A stretch of DNA of 57,543 bases from Solirubrobacteraceae bacterium (GTDB lineage Bacteria > Actinomycetota > Thermoleophilia > Solirubrobacterales > Solirubrobacteraceae): positions 1 through 57,543 of the forward strand of contig JAXDGY010000450.1 of assembly GCA_034664785.1 (NCBI GenBank), read 5' to 3'. Of the stretch, positions 53,948 to 57,543 are shown piece by piece. The stretch's first letter is position 1. Every line of letters begins with the position of its first letter. The position numbers were made by a program, and so were the translations under genes. The notes under the pieces are model-generated. The model was not told the origin of the DNA and searched no databases. It was given only the letters and a program-made list of their open reading frames with translations.

Positions 53948-54922
53948 ATGATGCGCAGCCACGACGAATCGACCCCCTCGGGCTCCACGCCGCCGGAGGG
54001 GCCCCAGGTCTCGGTGGTGATCCCCACCCGCGATCGCCCAGCGCTGGCGCGCCGGGCGATCGCCTCGGCGCTCGCCCAGCGCGGGGTGGAGGTGGAGGTC
54101 CTCGTCGTCGACGACGGCTCCGGGGAGCCGTTCATCGCGCCGGCCGACCCGCGGGTGACCGTCCTGCGCCACGAGCTGTCGCGCGGCGTCGCCGCGGCCC
54201 GCAACGCGGGGCTGGAGGCGGCGCGGGCGCCCTGGGTCGCGCTGCTCGACGACGACGACTTCTGGGCGCCCTGGAAGCTGCGCGTGCAACTCGACGCCCT
54301 CGAGGCGGCCGGGGCGGGCTTCGCCTACTGCAGCGCGCTCGTGGTCGCCGACGCCCGTGCCGTGGCGGTCGCCGAGGCCCTGCCCGCCGCCGACCTGGCG
54401 CTCGGCCTGAGCCGGAGGAACCCGGTCCCCGCCGGCGCCTCGAACGTCCTCGTCGCCACCGCCGCGGTCCGTCAGGCGGGCGGCTTCGACGTGCGCCTCC
54501 GGCACCTCGCCGACTGGGATCTGTGGAGCCGGCTGCTGCAGCTGACCGGGGCCGTCGCGTGCCCCGAGGCGCTCGTGGCCTACGTCCAGCACTCCGCGAG
54601 CATGCACGTCGCCGATCAGGCCTCGGTGCGTGAGGAGGCCCGGCTGCTGCGGCGCCTGCACCACGACGGCGGCCCGATCACCGGCTTCGATCACGGCGTG
54701 TTCGCCCTGTTCCTCGCCGACGGCCACCGCCAGGCCGGCCGCCACTGGACGGCGGCGGGCGTGCAGGCGCTCGCGGCGATCCGCCACGGGCGGCCCGGCT
54801 ACCTCGTCGGGGCGGCCCGCGAGCTCGCGCGCGCCACGGGCCTCGTGCGCCGCCCGCGACGGATCCAGCCGCCCACCCCGGACTGGGTGGTGCACCAGTG
54901 GGCGGGGCCTGCGGCGCCATGA
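53948..54922 (+). CDS. GT2-family glycosyltransferase
   Basis: VSVVIPT, VVDDGS, ARNAG, LDDDD, DWDLW. Confidence 0.9.
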   Translation: MMRSHDESTPSGSTPPEGPQVSVVIPTRDRPALARRAIASALAQRGVEVEVLVVDDGSGEPFIAPADPRVTVLRHELSRGVAAARNAGLEAARAPWVALLDDDDFWAPWKLRVQLDALEAAGAGFAYCSALVVADARAVAVAEALPAADLALGLSRRNPVPAGASNVLVATAAVRQAGGFDVRLRHLADWDLWSRLLQLTGAVACPEALVAYVQHSASMHVADQASVREEARLLRRLHHDGGPITGFDHGVFALFLADGHRQAGRHWTAAGVQALAAIRHGRPGYLVGAARELARATGLVRRPRRIQPPTPDWVVHQWAGPAAP

Positions 54923-56610
54923 GCGAGGGCCCCCGCGTGACCGCCGTCGTCCTCCCGGGAACGCACCCGGACGCGCCGCGGCGCTCGCTCCAGGACGCCC
55001 TGGCACAGCGCGGCGTCGCGCTCGACGTCCTGGTGCCGGACGGGCTGGGCGCCGCGCCGGACGCACGGGTGCGGAGGCTCCCGGACGGCGTCGGGTCGCA
55101 TCCGGCCGCGGTGCTGGCCGCAGCGCTGGGCGCCGGCTGCGCCCCGTGGGTGGCGCTCCTGGCGGCCGGCGACCGGTGGCACCCAGATCACGTCCGCTGC
55201 GGCCTGGAGGCCGCCGAGGCCGCAGGCGCGGACTGGGCCTACGGGAGCCGCGTGCTCCTCGACGCGTCCGGCGAGGTGACGGGGATCGCGCTCGCCGACC
55301 GCCCGCGGCACCTCGCGTCGGTCCTGCGGCATCGCAACGCCGTCGGCGGCCCGTCGAGCGTCCTGTGCCGCACGGCGATCCTGGAGGAGGACCGGCCGTT
55401 CGACCCCGAGTTGCGCGCCCTCACCCACTGGGCGGCCTGGATGGTCCTGGCGCGGCGCCCCGCGGCGGCGTGCCCCGAGCCGCTGGTTGCCGAGCGTCCC
55501 GGCGCCGTGCTCAGCGTGCGCGAGCCCGGCGCCGCGTGGCGCGAGCTCGAGCGGCTGCGCCGGGACGGGCGGCTCACCGCACCGGACCTCCTGCACGCCG
55601 CCCGGGCGATCAGGAAGGCGCCCGCTCGTCGCGCGCGTCACGCGCCGCCGCGCTGGCTGGCGCCGCCATCGGCGATCGCACGGGCGGCGTCCGGAGGCGA
55701 GGGGCCCGAGGTCTCGGTCATCGTCCCGACGCGCAACCGCCCGGCCTTCGTGCGCCAAGCGGTCGCCAGCGCGCTGGCCCAGGACGTCGCGCTGGAGGTC
55801 CTCGTCATCGACGACGCCTCAGACCACCCCGACGCCCTCGCCGCGCTGGACTTCGCCGACCCGCGGGTGCGGGTGCTCCGCCGCGCGGAGCCGGGGGGCG
55901 CCGGGCGGGCGCGCAACGACGCGCTCGGGGTCGCCCGCGGCGAGTGGCTCGCCTTCCTCGACGACGACGACCTGATGGCGCCCGGCCGGCTCGCGACCCA
56001 CCTGCAGCACGTCGGCGACGCGGGCTTCAGCTTCTGCGGCCAGGTCCTCGTCGATCCCGCGCGACACGTGGTCGGCGTGCTGCCCGCGCCGAAGCCGGAC
56101 GACCTGGCCGCGCGCCTGCGCGTCGGGAGCCTGATCGGCGGCCCGAGCGCGGTGGTCGTCCGGACGGAGCTGGCACGCGACGCCGGGGGCTTCCGGGAGG
56201 ATCTCTACGCGCTCGGGGACTGGGACCTGTGGATGGCGCTGGCCGCCCGGGCGCGCGCGGTCGCGCTCCCCGAGCTGCTGGTCGCCTACACCGTGCACCC
56301 GAGCAACATGCACCTGCGCGCCCCGGAGCGGATCCTCGAGGACTTCCGCCGCTTCGACGCGCTGCACGGGGTCGGCGCCCCGGCGGAGGAGGCGTTGCTG
56401 GCCTGGCTCGCCGAGGACCTCGCCGCCCACGGGCGTCACCGCGCCGCCGCGGCCATGCACGTGCGGCTCGCGCGCCTGCGGCGCCGCCCGGGGGATGCGG
56501 CGCCCGCGCTGCGCGCCGCGCTGCGGCGGGACGCGGCCGCCGCGCCCGCGCCCGACCTCGAGCCCTGCCGGTGGCTGGCCGCGTACGGCGACGCGGGGGG
56601 CGGCCCGTGA
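54919..56610 (+). CDS. Tandem GT2 glycosyltransferase (degenerate N-domain + intact C-domain)
   Basis: C-domain VSVIVPT, IDDAS, FLDDDD, DWDLW; N-domain has LAAGD instead of LDDDD. Confidence 0.85.
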   Translation: MSEGPRVTAVVLPGTHPDAPRRSLQDALAQRGVALDVLVPDGLGAAPDARVRRLPDGVGSHPAAVLAAALGAGCAPWVALLAAGDRWHPDHVRCGLEAAEAAGADWAYGSRVLLDASGEVTGIALADRPRHLASVLRHRNAVGGPSSVLCRTAILEEDRPFDPELRALTHWAAWMVLARRPAAACPEPLVAERPGAVLSVREPGAAWRELERLRRDGRLTAPDLLHAARAIRKAPARRARHAPPRWLAPPSAIARAASGGEGPEVSVIVPTRNRPAFVRQAVASALAQDVALEVLVIDDASDHPDALAALDFADPRVRVLRRAEPGGAGRARNDALGVARGEWLAFLDDDDLMAPGRLATHLQHVGDAGFSFCGQVLVDPARHVVGVLPAPKPDDLAARLRVGSLIGGPSAVVVRTELARDAGGFREDLYALGDWDLWMALAARARAVALPELLVAYTVHPSNMHLRAPERILEDFRRFDALHGVGAPAEEALLAWLAEDLAAHGRHRAAAAMHVRLARLRRRPGDAAPALRAALRRDAAAAPAPDLEPCRWLAAYGDAGGGP

Positions 56611-57543
56611 TCGCCCGGCGCGCGAGGACGGTCGCCGGCGTCGCCGTCGCCGCCCTGCGCCTGCTCGGTCACGCCGCCTCGAGCCGGCGCCTGGGCCTCG
56701 TCGTGCTCTACCACCGCATCGAGCCACAGCCCGGCGACCCGGCGCGCGAGCTGGTCCCGGCCGTGGGCGCCGCCGCCTTCGCCCGCGAGCTGCGCTGGCT
56801 GCGGCGGCTCTTCCGCGTCGTCCCCGCCGCCGGGATCCTCGACGCCGCCGCGACCCGCAGGCGCGGCCGGCGCATCCCTGTCGCCGTCACCTTCGACGAC
56901 GAGTGGCCCACGCACAGCACCCTGGCCCTGCCCGCGCTCGGGCGCGCCGGGGTACGGGCCACCTTCTTCCTCACCGGCGCGCACCTCGAGCGCAGCACGC
57001 CGTTCTGGTGGGAGGCGCTGCAGCACCTGACGGACGCCGGCGTCCCCACCGAGGAGCTGCTCGGCCCGGGCGACCTCTTCGCCCGCGCGGCCCGGGTCAC
57101 GGCCGCGACGCCGTCGGAGCGGGCGGCGACGTCCGTGGCGCTGCGGGCCCTCGCCGGCCCGGGCGTGCGCTGCGGCATGACCGCCGACGACGTGCGCGCC
57201 GTGGCGCGCGAGCACGACCTCGGCTTCCACACCGCCCGGCACGACGCGCTGACGACGCTGGCCCCGGACGAGCTCGAGCGCGCGCTCGCCGACGGGCGCC
57301 CCGAGCTCGAGGCCGTCGCCGGGCGACCGGCGCGCCTGCTGGCCTACCCCCACGGCGCCGCAGGGCCCGGCGAGGCGGCCGCCGTCGCGCGGGCGGGGTT
57401 CGCCCTCGCCTTCACGACGCACGCCAGTGCCTGCGGGCCCGGGACGCCGCCGGCGCTGGTCGGTCGCGTGGAGCCCGGGCCCGTCGGGCTCGCGGGGTAC
57501 CTTCGGGCGCTGGAGCACTGCCTGCGCGCCGGACGCCCGCAGC
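56607..57543 (+). CDS. Polysaccharide deacetylase (NodB), runs off the window end
   Basis: Not in the ORF track. GTG at 56607 gives VLYHRI, VTFDD, GFHTARH, LAYPHG. Confidence 0.85.
   Translation, partial: MIARRARTVAGVAVAALRLLGHAASSRRLGLVVLYHRIEPQPGDPARELVPAVGAAAFARELRWLRRLFRVVPAAGILDAAATRRRGRRIPVAVTFDDEWPTHSTLALPALGRAGVRATFFLTGAHLERSTPFWWEALQHLTDAGVPTEELLGPGDLFARAARVTAATPSERAATSVALRALAGPGVRCGMTADDVRAVAREHDLGFHTARHDALTTLAPDELERALADGRPELEAVAGRPARLLAYPHGAAGPGEAAAVARAGFALAFTTHASACGPGTPPALVGRVEPGPVGLAGYLRALEHCLRAGRPQ

Noticed and set aside
1-57543. Many long overlapping or antisense ORFs in the track (e.g. 162-2060, 6486-8930, 13876-16215, 28808-31831, 51402-53951)
   Set aside because: Arg/Pro/Ala-rich or antisense shadows of real genes, expected at this GC content
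1-57543. CRISPR arrays, IS elements, prophage or defence genes
   Set aside because: No repeat-spacer arrays and no transposase, integrase or phage motifs were seen

Overview
Very GC-rich actinobacterial chromosome segment. The gene families suggest Thermoleophilia/Solirubrobacterales; this is an inference. It carries about 60 protein genes, a tRNA-His(GUG) and a c-di-GMP-I riboswitch. The left arm (1-15.9 kb) holds an ABC half-transporter, a two-component system with a phosphoesterase, a PKD/DNRLRE surface protein, a GMC oxidoreductase with an acyl-CoA dehydrogenase pair, and a Crp regulator. An accessory-looking tract follows the tRNA: a copper-handling operon (CopC/CopD, YcnI), HD-GYP plus the riboswitch, crcB1-crcB2-DUF190, an adenylate cyclase, a STAND-LuxR regulator, a FUSC protein, two frameshifted genes, Dps-cynS, ArsR-DUF899-SRPBCC and HD/GlxA. 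The right arm holds hsp20, uppP, a second two-component system, a PhoX-like phosphatase and a glycosylation cluster that runs off the window end. Best novelty candidates: (1) two paralogous membrane-anchored small ORFs ending in RAPP/RGPP ribosome-arrest-like motifs, each followed by a structured RNA spacer, inside the copper operon; (2) two paralogous small secreted peptides with an identical 20-aa beta-prone core and a shared 15-nt leader; (3) a c-di-GMP riboswitch back-to-back with an HD-GYP phosphodiesterase gene; (4) a long crcB leader lacking the canonical fluoride riboswitch. All family assignments come from motif recognition by eye; no searches were run.
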